DNA of 62,643 nt, counting the filler, from Basidiobolus meristosporus CBS 931.73 (Eukaryota; Fungi; Basidiobolomycota), in assembly GCA_002104905.1 (NCBI GenBank). It is 3 parts of 3 records of this genome, joined end to end, with 100 filler letters (N's around TTAATTAATTAA, not from the genome) between each part and the next. Parts side by side here need not be neighbours in the genome. Positions count along the whole stretch, not along the records: positions 1 to 25,364 come from MCFE01000932.1; 2 more parts are not named here. One strand, written 5' to 3'. Numbering within the stretch: the first letter of the stretch is position 1; each line of letters opens with the position of its first letter. The position numbers were made by a program, and so were the translations under genes. Below, piece by piece: positions 1 through 12,616 of this stretch. The notes under the pieces are model-generated. The model was not told where the DNA came from. It ran no database searches and was given only the letters and a program-made list of their open reading frames with translations.

Positions 1-1290
1 TAGGTGTAAGCTCCTCATATGCTTCCTCATACCCTGTTATATCATTGGCTGAATTTTCATCAAGGATCTGGGTAATATTTGCTGATGGAGTAGAGTTCTT
101 CTCAAGACAGTCAGGTGGTCTATGTCCCATTGTTCCACATTTACAGCATTTGTCATCAGCCTATGGATTATCAGTTTTGGTACTTTGCTGCTTCTCTGAG
201 GTGTTTCCTGACTTGTTTGATGGCTTAGTGAGGCCTTTGCATTCACTAGTAGAGTGATAGCATCTTCCATGACGCTCACAATGCTTTGTAGTGGTTGACT
301 TCTTCTGGTGACATGACTGCTCTCTTTTCCAGTTATTGATGCCTCTTGAGTTAGTTGCCTGAAGCCTGGCTAACAGTTGCAGTCATGGTGATTGCAAGTG
401 TACATATCTCTGAGATTTTGTCATAAGTGTGTGCAGGGTTACATGCTTTGACATTAGCAATTTTGCTCTTTAGCTGGTATGAAAAGTTTGAAAGAAAATG
501 AGAAGTAAGCAATGGATTGGCATCACTAACTCCAGCTAATCTCATTTGTCTCTGGAATCTATGACAGAAGTGTTGCACTGATTCACCTTTTTGCATTTTA
601 GTTTCCCATAAGTTGCAGTTTAGATGCGCTTTCTTGAGGGGATCTTCAAAATGGCTGCAAAAGAGGTTCTGGGCAACTTTCCATGTACTAATCAAAGGAA
701 TGTTCACTTCAACCCAGTCAGCATCTGGCATGGTGAAACAGAGAGGCAGAAGTCTAGCCCAATTGGTGTTGGGGTTTAGCTGGTGCACAGCTAAGACATG
801 GCTAAACTTGTAAAGAAACTCAGTAGGATTCTTTATGCCATTGGCTCCTTCAGCCTAAAGAGGCAAGCATCTTGGGACAACCACTGGGGCAGGTCTAGTG
901 GGAGACATATATCTGGAGGATCAAAAGGCATGACTTCTTGGTGGCTGATGCAGAGCAAGTCTTGGCAGATTGTCAATGCTGTCAATTACTAAAGCAACAT
1001 TCTCTAGAGCTTCTTTGATAATACCAATTGCATCTTGATAACCAGAAATAACTTTAAGGAGTTCATTGCTGCAATGATTGTCAGATCTTGTCTAAGTAAG
1101 CTTTGAGTGCTCAAGCATCAAGGTGTTTCTTTCATGCACAATACTTTCAAGTTGCACAGTAAGCACTTGCCAATTTCTGTGAGCTTCTTCCAACATGGAT
1201 AGACTTGGATTACTTGCTGCTGAGGATATCTGGTAAAGCAGTTGAATGTAATGGATCAACAAAAGAAAGTGTTGTATCAAAGAGAAAAGT
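1..1290 (-). mobile_element. Degenerate LTR-retrotransposon gag relic (Ty3/gypsy-like)
   Basis: ORF 351-788 resembles a retrotransposon gag core (RLLPLC..DWV..TWK..LFCSHF..MQKGESVQHFCHRF). A CX2CX4HX4C knuckle, CCKCGTMGHRPPDC, reads on the minus strand at 107-148. The region is almost CpG-free and broken by stops and frameshifts. Confidence 0.75.
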
Positions 1291-3788
1291 GTAATAAAGC
1301 TCCTGAGTAGTCAAACTGAACCCAAGGGACAACTAAGTGCAGAATTTTAGAATTGTCAGAGAGTGGCAGAAATTTTAGCTGTGAGGTTCTGGTGTAATAT
1401 TGGTCTTGTATATAGCTGGGTTTGGCTATAAAGGCAAACAAGTTTGTTTGCTATGCAGCTTAGGCTTGGTGTTCTTGGGAGTGCTAGATATTCTAGGCTT
1501 GTTGGAAGCTAGAAGGTAATTGATGAGTTCTTGATTTTGCAGAGACACAATCTTAAATTTGTTGAGACACACTAAACCAAACGGTTCAGGAAACCTTATT
1601 TATGCTTTTCTGGACAAGTTGAATTAGTAAGCCCAAAGAGACTGGACTAATTCAAATCTGTAGGGGTGCTGATAAGTGCATAAGATAAATTAAAACTGCT
1701 TCATTAATCAGCTGATGTCTTGGCAACTGCTAAGTTGTTGCATAGATCTCAGTTGACTTATCACCTGGGAAGGCTTGGCAGATAACTTGATAACATAATA
1801 GCCACATGAGAGTTGATCAGGTGTAATAGCTAATGATAGATACTGAAATGAGATAAGATAAACCATCACTGGGATTAGTTATGTTTGGATCAGGGAAAAT
1901 CAGTTAGGGTACTAAATTTTCTAACAGAGTAAAATTGGCTAAGTTTTAAGTGTTGATGCACAACTCAAATCATCTTCAGACTTCCATTGCCAAGACAGTG
2001 CCTCTGGGTAGTCCAATATACCTAGAGAGCTGCACTCTACCTGCTCAAGTTTCTTCACATATCATGGCTTTCCACTCCTTCCTACTGGACTAGACTCTGG
2101 AGCACACCTGAAGAAGAGAATCACCCTGGAAAGACAAGCACTCTACAAGCTACTAGCTGTCAATCCTCCTACAACTTCAGCTCCCAACAGCCAGCTTCTA
2201 CATATGCAGTTTGTCTTCCCTGTCTTGGCATTTGGCTCACCACTCCTTTTTCTTACTTCTAGCAACTGCACTATGCTTGACAAGTTTTCCATTTGGTGCA
2301 TTACATCATCTGCCTGAATGCCCCTACAGGTATGCTATTATTGATGCTTTTAGGTTTATGCCCTACAAGATCAGACTTCTCTGCCTTAGAGCCAGAATCT
2401 ATCTCAGCCTTCACCACTGCAACAACCCACTGATCAAGGTCTGAAAGTGCACTGACCACACTACACCTGGCTCCTGCTGGAGAACTATACTTGGAGATTC
2501 TAATGTAAAGTAGTTTGCTCAATATATGCTGTAGTTGGAAAAACCCAAGTTGGCATACCTAAATACTTGACAGACCTTTGGCAGTAATATCTTAAGTAGC
2601 ACACTCACTTTATGATCTGAATCAATCCATATCATATTCCCCTTATTAGTTTTGTTCATAAACTATTCTCATGCCTCTTGCTACACCCCTGCCCACTGAA
2701 CAGTATCTTGAGCACTGAAGAGCTATCATTTCTCCTTATTAACTTACCTACCAATTCCCCTCAGCTACCCATCCTTGTATGAAGGCTACAACAGTAGCAC
2801 TGGCTTCTTTGTTTCAACCAAAATAAAGATTTTACCAATTGGTGACTTTCTCCCCCCTACAGGCAATGTCCCCCCTGGTCATTTCAAATAGCTCCAAAAC
2901 CCGCCAAAAACCAGCACCACACTCTGCAATACCCTTAAGACTGCTTACTATGCATTTTATAAAGTAGCTACTATCACTTATTCCAGGAATCAAGAGAACA
3001 TTTCAGTATATATCCCTGAAAGACAATGTTGAGAGCTGACTTATTATATATAGCTTATCTTTAACTTTATTAGCTTGCTTCAAAGGAGAATTTTGCGCTA
3101 GGGCAGTTACAATCACTATAAGAGCTAGTTATAATCCATCATGGCAGGTCCTACTATGCATGGTATGTATTTGATATCTACGCATAGATTGTAACTATTT
3201 TCAAAACCATGAGAGCTCAAAAACGCAGCCGTGTGAAAAGATTCACAATGTATCAGTGTATTAACTGAATACCATCATATCTTGGGCTGAAATATTACAA
3301 TTCTGGAGTTGGGATTTTTTGTAGTGATATATAGTTGCTGACGATTATTAGGCAGATTAATCATCAACACCAGATTGAGCAAACCAGCTAATCATATTAT
3401 CATATGCCAGAATCTCTCGCAAGTGAGCGGAAGCGTAATATGAGCATCAAGCCAATATAGCACTTTGATAAGGTCTAAGCCACATAGAGTATCTATCTTG
3501 CCAGTATCAATCCGGGATATGCAATACGCTAGATTAAACTATATTGCTACAAAAACTGTTAGGGCGGATCTTGGTTGGAACCAGCTAGATCCTGAAATAG
3601 ATGGCAGTGATAATTTAGAAGTGCAACTACAACTATTACGGCTTTTGGATGGGCTATGCTTGGTGGCTTCAGAGGCATGGCACAGCAGTAGCAAAAGAGC
3701 AACACATAGTAGCACAAGCAAGTGTGACCAGGATAATTTCCACGTATAAAAAGATTAGCCAACGCCTGGATATTGGCAAGAATACACC

Positions 3789-3992
3789 ATGTCTTTTGCA
3801 AACTGGCTCTACAATCGGGTGAAGGACTCCGACGAAGGAAATGAAGACTACGAAGGAAGAAACTTCTCCTGGAGCAACAACAGCCCTGCAGGACCATACT
3901 ACAGCTACGAGAAAATCTGGGACATGCCTGTCGGTAGCTCACGTCCAGCAACAATTGCTAGCAAGGTAGTCACCGTTTGGAGAAACGCGTGA
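3789..3992 (+). CDS. Small orphan protein, 67 aa (MSFANWLYNRVKD...)
   Basis: ATG-initiated ORF with TATAAA at 3745-3750, a spacing similar to other genes in the window. No family recognised. Confidence 0.4.
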   Translation: MSFANWLYNRVKDSDEGNEDYEGRNFSWSNNSPAGPYYSYEKIWDMPVGSSRPATIASKVVTVWRNA

Positions 3993-4476
3993 TGGGATAA
4001 GCAACATATCACTCTTGGATAATTAAATAAAGAGCCTGATGCTGTCATCAGGCTTGTTCAACCCACATATTTAGCCAGAGTGAATTTCCGCATTGACATT
4101 TCTTGGCCATGTGTGCATGCATGGTGGGCAAGGTGAGCACTCAAGCAGTCCGTATTTGAGTCATCAGCATGCTAAGCAAGTTGCTGATACTGTGGTAAGG
4201 CTACATGTACTCAAACGTCATATAGTGGTTGGCATTCAGGTGCTATTCTCACCGTTGCTGCTACCGTTATTTTTGTTATCCCACCGTTGCCGGCTCCACC
4301 ATGACCAGTGCCATAAGCACACAAATCATCTTCACCATTTACATTGCTGCAATTGCTGAAACCACTTCTATTACCATCAGTATTTCCGCCATTGCCCTCG
4401 GTTAAGACTTGTTATATAGCATCCTATAGTACATAGTGGCCTGTGCAATTTTCATATTGCCTAGCTATTCTTCGGC

Positions 4477-4985
4477 ATGCGCTTTACTACCGTAGCAGTG
4501 ATTCTAAGCCTTGCCACGAATTAAGTGACTGTTGCTGCCCCAAGCGGCTGTTCTTCCCTATGCACTCTTGAGTATATAAAGGACCATTATCATAGCTCAC
4601 CATATGCACAACAAGCCAAGGATTGCTACCAAAACGCCCGAGTATTACCTGTCGTTAGGATGTCGAATGTCCAATTACTGTTATTACGCCAGGTTATCAC
4701 CACCGTGACCGAAAAGTATCATAGCCTGAGCATTGCTAATGCCAACAGCAATAAAGACTTCAGCGTCAAGTATCAAGCAGGACCTAGTCTCGAACTGGAG
4801 GGTGGGGCCAACACATTAGAATATGCTAAGCAAAGGGGAACGGAAAACTCGGGCGATAGTTCTTCATCTCCCTACGTTCTGACGCAGTCCTCTCAGGATG
4901 TACAATATACAACCCCTGTAGTAGCGACATAATGCGTAGAACATTGAGCAGAGCAAAATAGTCAACATAACAACTGCAAGCGCTA
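4477..4985 (+). pseudogene. Secreted-protein family A (MRFTTVAVIL...), copy 1, with premature stops
   Basis: Signal-peptide-like MRFTTVAVILSLATN*VTVAA. TAA at 4522-4524 and 4930-4932 align with CAA (Gln) in other copies. Colinear with 24497-24979. Confidence 0.6.
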
Positions 4986-5249
4986 GTACTGCATGCTTGC
5001 TTACATACTTAACTACTAAGCCTCAGGGCTTAACAACTCTATCCTCCACTGGAGCCTATGATGTAGGAGGGGTTAAATATAATGTATCGTTATATTCAAC
5101 TGGCAGCGCTTCTAGCCGAACATAACCATATCACTGTTAATGGATTGATCTTGGTGTCACCGTACTCGAAATGGTTAGACTGCTCAATAACTGTTAGGAA
5201 TGTGATACTTCCTCTTATAGTTGCTGCCATGATTTTTTGGTAAAACAGA

Positions 5250-5331
5250 TGATGAGGGCGGGGTTCGAACCCACGCCTCCGAAGAGACTGCGGCCTGAAC
5301 GCAGCGCCTCAGACCACCCGGCTACCTCAAC
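5250..5331 (-). tRNA. tRNA-Leu(CAG), intronless, possibly a pseudo-tRNA
   Basis: Cloverleaf GTTGAGG-TA-GCC GGGTGGTCTGA GGC-G-CTGCG TTCAGGC CGCAG-variable arm CTC TTCG GAG-GTGGG TTCGAAC CCCGC-CCTCATC-A, followed by a T4 run. Several deviations from consensus. Confidence 0.85.
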
Positions 5332-6735
5332 AATTTGGACACTGTGTTACAGAGTAAAGAGGCACTCGATGTTAACTGACATCAACGCATACAAAGACGA
5401 CTTAGTAGCCAGGGAAAAGCAAATCAAAGACAAATCACCAGACTCACAATAAGGTATAAATACCAAACAAGCAACTAAATAAAAAGGGAGTTTTGGTTAT
5501 AGGCAGAAAAGCGTAGTAGGAACGAATATTAGCTTGAATATATTTCTACAAAGTCACCACCCCAACCTTTTAAAGAGATATTCTTACACTACCCCGTCGA
5601 ATCTACAAGATAACATACACGTTATCCCTTTTCGTACTCTCTAAAGGACATTACTCTTTAAGTACGTAACAACTGTTTCAATGATAATTCACCCAATCAG
5701 GTCAAAACATGGATAAGGTAAGGTAAGCCATATTTATATGCTCGATGCCGGATAGACTAGACTATTCAAACTTTTAGAATGTGCTCTGACCGAGTTGTGT
5801 TGTTCCTAAGCGTGCTTGAAGTTCTTCCTGAGGTCATGTTTGTCTACAATCACTTCAATCTCTCGCTTTTTGCCTTTATGATTCTATCGATATGGAACAG
5901 CTACTCTTACTCTCCCCTACTCATTTTATTTATCGCAGGGACGTGACTGCTCCCTTGCCAGTCATTTGGCAAGCCATATTATCTAATGAGAGAGGAAGCT
6001 GAGCTTCAAAGACTAAGGAGACACTTGCCGAAGAAGGAAATACTACTGTCTTTGCTGGTGGAGATTTACCTAATGCTGGCTCCAAGACTGTCAAGGCGTT
6101 TGAAAGTAAGCTCCCTGCATCTGAAAAATCAAGAACACTGATGCCCGGGGTTATGAGAAAGGCATGCAATTATGGAGAGGTATATCCGGTCTGTGACAGG
6201 GGCCTGTGACAGGGGCCTGTGACTGAAAAATCACCATTAGATTTGATTCACAGCGGAGACGTATCCAAATGCTAATAAATATCTATATAGAATCAAAGTA
6301 AATCCTGAGCATGAATCGATGAGATGATTTGAATGATTCCCTAACATAGGGCAGTTTCTATGTCAAATACACAAACAAATATTACTTTGACTCGTATTCA
6401 CCTTCCATCCAATCTAGGCAACTTGATTGTGAGGTATTGCAATACAGTAAGCAGACAGATACATGCACTGAAATTCTATATACAGATATTGCAAATGAAT
6501 CGAAGCTTGGCAGCCTCACCTCATCACTAATTAAATATGCGAATATAAAAGACGAAAACGGAGAATCTATTCGATAGAAACTCAACCACGAAACGCCCTG
6601 AAGAAGTATTATCTTGACCGGTGCCGCCATGATCTCCATGCTTGCATCCTCATACGCAGAACCTCTCGATCGCAACCAACCCATTATTACTGTTACCCCC
6701 GAGTATGTGAAGCTATGTAAAAATGGGAAGATTGT

Positions 6736-7234
6736 CCCTACGTTCTGATGCAGCCCACCCAAGATGCACAGTACACAGCCCCAGTAATAGTGACACAATG
6801 CATGAAAGAGCAAAATATTCAATACACTCATTGTGCCGACAATTGCGCCTAACAGATAAATCAACCTAAACTGAGAATAATCAGTATGCAAGACAAATAA
6901 GCCCTCTTTGCGCGACTACCCTACTCTCACAGTATCATAGACTATCAATCCACGGTAGACACAGTGTACCAGTCCAAAAAGAATCGACATTTGGCAATAC
7001 CTCACAACGACACACACCGGAGGAACAGGGACACTTTACATTTGGTTGGTGTAAGGGTGAATAGTGCATGCAACATAGCCGGGTAGAGAAGCTCAATCAG
7101 CATTGTGTATCAACTACCGCATTTGGAGAACTGGTGGGCTCCTACCTTGAGATGTCAGTGAGCCCTATTTAGCGCCAGTTTCAATGTTTGTGTACTCATT
7201 CCATCGAACTGTAAATAGTTGCATCGATATTGGG
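6736..7234 (+). repeat. 3' end plus downstream flank of secreted family A (duplicate of ~24863-25362)
   Basis: Reads PYVLMQPTQDAQYTAPVIVTQCMKEQNIQYTHCADNCA* (6736-6852). About 500 bp is highly similar to 24863-25362. Confidence 0.85.
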
Positions 7235-8349
7235 GGGCGTAAATGTGACTTTTGGTTTAAGTCAACATACGATTGCATTATTCGTGAGACGCAAAACGAC
7301 TCATACTACGATTTCTCAAGCAAGGGCTTGAAGCGTGCACACAGGAATGGCACTGTTCTCACGTAGTTGGTTATTTCATAGTCAATTACCCTAGTCCGGA
7401 GTAGTATATATAATACTGTTATTTTCGTCGATTTCAATATTATGGGATTTATCCACCAAATGAGTGAAAATTTTTATCGATTTTTCTCCTATAAATAGGG
7501 TCATCTGTCGTTTGGCATCGTTACGACTGTACTTTACAGGATTATGTATATAGTACATTCCCAGTCTTTGTTTCCCAACAAAGACACTAAAGATGACATG
7601 TAGTGCGCTGTCCGTAAAGGGAAGTGTGAGCAGTGGCCGATCGGTCTTTCGGGACCATAGGACCTGTTCAGTTGATGAACTTGCCGGCTGATTATTCCAA
7701 CAGCCTGGCGAGGACGGTCTGCACATTCTGACAGCTTGTTGTTACCCAACTATCATTGAAAAATCAAATCAAAATACCAATCTCTCTCGCTACATATTCA
7801 TATTGAAAATCAGCAAGCAAAGAAAAGAAAAATACTTAAAATTTTGATTGCAAAATGACATACTTGTTTGATTACGATTACAGTTTTCTGATCATTAAAA
7901 TCAAATTCATAATTGAATGTTTAAGCGGGCACACAACTTTGCATAAAATAGGAAAAGAGTAAGTCGATAGTCTCACTTTGTTGTAGCGCCTACTGATGAC
8001 CATCCACTCAGACTGCTCCAGTGCGCTTGGTTTTCGTTGCTCTGTTGCCAGCCTCACGCGTTCCCCAAGTCTTCAATAACCTTGCCATCTCGCAATTACT
8101 TGAAGATGCCCATGTCAACACTAGGCTCTAAAAAGCATGGATAGAAATCATCAGCAGTGACCCACTACTGAAGCCTTCAACTAATCAGTTCTCCAGAAGC
8201 TTGAGATACAGAAAGATGCCACTCTACCCAACTGTTAACTTATTTGAAAGTCAAACTCAGAAGGCTTTAGGCTCTTGTGAGGACACAAATAGCTGAGCAT
8301 AAGCAAATTTGATGAAAATAAGAGTGGTTGTGCAGATTATATAGTATAA

Positions 8350-8690
8350 TGTTTCAAGAGTCTCAGAGATACTGGAAGTGAATGGGAGAACAAGTAGAAT
8401 TTGCGGTCTGCTCCTAATCATTCATCAAATATAAGAGTTTTATCTTTACTTCAACATGGTCTTAACAGTGCAAACATGAAAAATACAATTATGATGGTTC
8501 CAAGAATATGTGTGCAAAGTTTGGGGCTGTTATGACAACTCTCAGATATTTCATGTCTTAGGTATCTGATACTTGTGCTGAGTGACTCTATACAAGGTCA
8601 ATGGCTAGAGCTCTCAAAGATTTGTAAATCACAACCTAGGTGTACAGAAAGCATAGATGTTGCATCCCTATGGGATATCTCAGACCTAGA
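8350..8690 (-). mobile_element. Degenerate solo LTR of the local copia family
   Basis: Matches the reverse complement of the 56035-56379 LTR, e.g. gagatactggaagtgaatgggagaacaag and atgtgtgcaaagtttgggg. Boundaries approximate. Confidence 0.6.
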
Positions 8691-10041
8691 ATTCATCTAA
8701 TAATCAGCTGGTATTCTGTTGGTATTCCAATGATATTTTGCAGGCATTCTGCTGTTGCTTTTCCTTTAGATTTCTAGCTGCACTTTAGGGGCAAGTAGAG
8801 AGTGGTTGATGATCAGATTTGGTATGAATGCTAGCTAGTCTCGTCTCCACCTGAGAAGTAAGTCTGCCAGATAGCTATTACTGTATAAGCTGACAGCTGT
8901 AAGCTTAGTGAGACCTGGAACTCAACTGATATGTAATGGTAATCATTAGGCCTTTCTTGTTCTTTTTCTCAAAGCATGAACACTATCAGTAAGATGAGAA
9001 GGATACAAAAAGCATCAACAATAGTATACATTATCCAACTAAGCTCTCTGGCAGCTATTTGTCATTGTGAACAAGTTTCTGTACTAGAGTTCAAGAGCAG
9101 CACCAAATGGGCTTACAGTAGGTGCTTATGCTGGCCAACAGACCCCTGATGACCTCTGTATGTAAGCACATACTGCCAAAGAGGTCTTCTTTGTATCTGA
9201 TAATCAATAAATCCAATACGTTCAATGTTGAATGCTAGAAATAATGCAAGTATACAAAGTAGCTGTATAAAGAAGTAAACAGTATATGTTGGGGTATTCT
9301 AACCATACATGCTACACATCATTTACAACGGTATAAATAATAGTGCTACTCTGTCAAAAACCTCTGGTGGATGCTGGACAATAAGTATAAATACATTAGT
9401 AGACGTATGTGACTATTTATTCCCCCAAGATCAGGGCCCGTGATACCATTAAATCACTTTAATGTTTATTCAAAATATCCGTTTTTGCTCCCGGTATCTG
9501 AAGAAATACTCTCCACTGCAACTAAAAAACGCCAGGAATATTCGTTGAAGTAGTTGCCATTAAATCTTGAACTCTACACATCCCTACAATAACACTCTTC
9601 AATATCGCATCTTTATCTTTCAACTGTATTGGTAAAGCGTGTTGTATCTGTATGACAGTTATTCGAAAAAGATATAATGGAGGCGCCTTTGAAATTTCCT
9701 ATTCTGTTCACAGAATCATCAACCTTGGACAACAGTAATACTTGTCCCACACCTGGTAGGTGTGAATTTCACGATAACATATTACCAAGTCTTGTGGAAA
9801 GGATATTCAGCCTATTCACCCCCGAGAAAATATTTATCCTTGTCTGTAAAAACAATAGAACCTGAGATACTGAAAGCTGTAAGTTTAGCCTGTACATGGC
9901 AGTTGTACACTTAGACAATCAAAATAGCAATTCACATATATTTGATAAAGTGCAATGAGCATAATACAGCTGGGTCAAAGGAATGTTTATTACTTCACAA
10001 TGCTTCAGCTAAATATCCTTAACAGCAACATCTCCAAGAGT

Positions 10042-10266
10042 CTACCGGCTACGTAGGCACCAACCAAACCTATCCACGCAGGCGGTCCCCTTTCTCCCTT
10101 TGAGGATCTGCTTGAAGGACAGTTTGCCAGTTCCGAGTCCTCTCCAAGTCCAGCAAATCCCTTTTACTGTGACTGAGGCGTAGTTTCCGTTGTTAGCTCT
10201 CTTGGCTCTGGCAATTTCTTCTCTGACATCAGCAGAGTACAAACGGGCTTCTTGATCAGATATCAT
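10042..10266 (-). pseudogene. Orphan small protein, decaying tandem copy (MISDQEARLYSADV...)
   Basis: Duplicate of 11037-11255 with a 22-nt deletion removing the original stop and several nonsynonymous C>T/G>A changes. TATAAA about 56 nt upstream. Confidence 0.55.
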
Positions 10267-11036
10267 GGCTGAGGAAGTGGAGTGCAATAAGTTTTAAGAC
10301 AGACAAGTCCACAACTGCTGCTTTATATCTATCCCGCCCAGACGGTGACTCAATACTACGACATTTTGACGCCTCACTTCTTCCATACAGCCCGCAACAA
10401 TTTATAGCAAGCAATCCAGATTGACTGTACACTGGTAACAAACCATCCACACACCATCCACGCACCTTCCAGATGAATAGTTGCTTATATTGAGTGGATT
10501 GGTCAAGCATGGCATGAACCAGATGCAAAGACTGGATGGCCAACTGTGGTGAAGCCAAAGACACCCACGACAATCAGTATATATTATCTTATATCCACAC
10601 TTATTATCTCTTGCAACAATGACACTCAGTAAGTTATACAGCCAAGACGGTGCAGCCCCAACATCTCCATGGACTGATGGTTACACGTACACGGCTTAAC
10701 CATGCAATAAGTTATTAAAGGGAAGATTCACACCGACTTAATAATGCAACGATTTAGAAAATACGCATTGAGGATTGGATATTCCAGTGACTTGTAATAT
10801 ATCGTTGAAAACTGTGGAAGTGCAAGGCTTAAGGTACCAAATGTCACTGTTATGTGGACTTGAGGTAGCAAATGTGCTGGATGTTTGTAATGCAATTCTT
10901 TTTGCATCATTGAGCATATCACAGCTAGGTCAAAGGAATGCGGATTTGGATGAATTTATTTCGCAATGTTTCAGCTAAATATCCTTAACAGTAACATCTC
11001 CAAGAGTCCACCGGCTACGCAAGCACCAACCGAACC

Positions 11037-11255
11037 CTACGAGATTATCCAAGTCTGGCTATCCACGCAGGCGGTCCCCTTTCTCCCTTCGAGGATCTGC
11101 TTGAAGGACAGCTCGCCAGTTCCGGGTCCTCTCCAAGTCCAGCGAATCCCTTTGACTGTGACTGAGGCGTAGTTTCCGTTGTTAGCTCTCTTGGCTCTGG
11201 CAATTTCTTCTCTGACATCAGCAGAGTACAAACGGGCTTCTTGATCGGATACCAT
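11037..11255 (-). CDS. Orphan small protein, 72 aa (MVSDQEARLYSADVREEIARAKRANNGNYASVTVKGIRWTWRG...)
   Basis: ATG at 11255, TATAAA at 11311-11316 (minus strand). Duplicated with its promoter. No family recognised. Confidence 0.6.
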   Translation of the reverse strand: MVSDQEARLYSADVREEIARAKRANNGNYASVTVKGIRWTWRGPGTGELSFKQILEGRKGTACVDSQTWIIS

Positions 11256-12616
11256 GGCTGAGGAAGTGGAGTGCAATAAGTCTTGAGACTAACAAGCCCA
11301 CACCTGCTGCTTTATATCACCTTATCCAGGTGGTGGCTTAGTGTTGTGTCATTATGCTAATGGCTGCTTCATGTGCCCATTTCTACTAAGTATAGCGGCT
11401 TCCCACCTAAAGTGCTGAGTCTTAGGCCAAGCTTGGAGAAATGATCCAGAAATCATGAATGGTTACAGTTGAGGCCAAATCTGCAACATTACCTGAGGAA
11501 ACCAGTACTAGCTAAACACATCCATGAATATTTCCTTCTTGCCGGCACCGTCTCTATGCACCATGCCGGTCATTGGTGACAAGGATTTGCACCAATCAGC
11601 AATGAGTCTGTTCTTGAAATAACAGGTTATGTAATCAACCTGCCCAAAAGAATGACCGTGGTAGTCGGTGGCTGAGCTCTTAATCCGACGCTGTACTCCA
11701 TCTGTGGCAGGGTAAAGTTTGCAATAGATAAGTGCATGTGTCTTGCAAGAAAGCATCGCCATCCAAGCTATTGATTGTAGCAGCATAGATAAAGCGTAAC
11801 ACAAATAAAGTGAACAGTCACATTTGGCTTGTTTCTTGACAAATAACTAATTGAAAACGCGTGTACTACAACAAGAAATTCCAAGGCAGCCTCAACTATC
11901 CCGAGCACTATCCACTCAATATCCCCAACTCTTGGCAAACAACTGACCAATTTATTCTTGCCTGTACTGTGCTGTACACCCCAGGACAGTCGTATTGTTC
12001 ACCAATCAGCAACAGCCCTAGGTTCTTGTAATAACAGGTTAATTTGATACGCCTGCCCCAAAGCTTGACTGTGGTGGCTGCTCTCCAGTTGCGGCAGGGT
12101 CAGTTCAGCAATATTTATAAGCATATGTATAGCAAGAAAACAACACTACCAAAGGACAATACCTTCCAGGTAATAATAGGACTATCGTAAGAGATACTTG
12201 CCTTAAAGATGTAACAAAGATACCAAGCTCACAGGACAAAGTACCATCCAGAAAAGCTACACTGATACAAAGGGAGTACCAAAACCCATTGAAATTGACC
12301 GAAATCACCTTGGAGCTATCGACGGTAATGTTTAGGCTCATTAGTGAACAATTACCAAAGTCCTTACCAATATGGATAGCTATTGCAAAAACTGAGAGAA
12401 TTGTGAATGATATTAAGGGTATCATTGACCAGATCGCCCTCATTCTTTACGCTTTGAATTGCAGCCTATACTGTATAGCCTTGGTACGAAGAGGTAAAGT
12501 AGCAAAGGTTAAATCAATCTAGCTCGCATAAAGCTAGCGCTATGAACGAAGCCTAATTGAGTGGGATCGAGGTGATATAAATCGGCAAAATTCGCATGAG
12601 ACTCCACCAGCCAGTC

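Noticed and set aside
1560-2424. Possible LTR (TGTTG...CAACA) for the gag relic
   Set aside because: No PBS and no second copy in the window, so the boundaries cannot be supported.
6190-6225. 13-bp tandem repeat CTGTGACAGGGGC x2.5
   Set aside because: Simple slippage duplication; too short and with no spacers, so not CRISPR-like.
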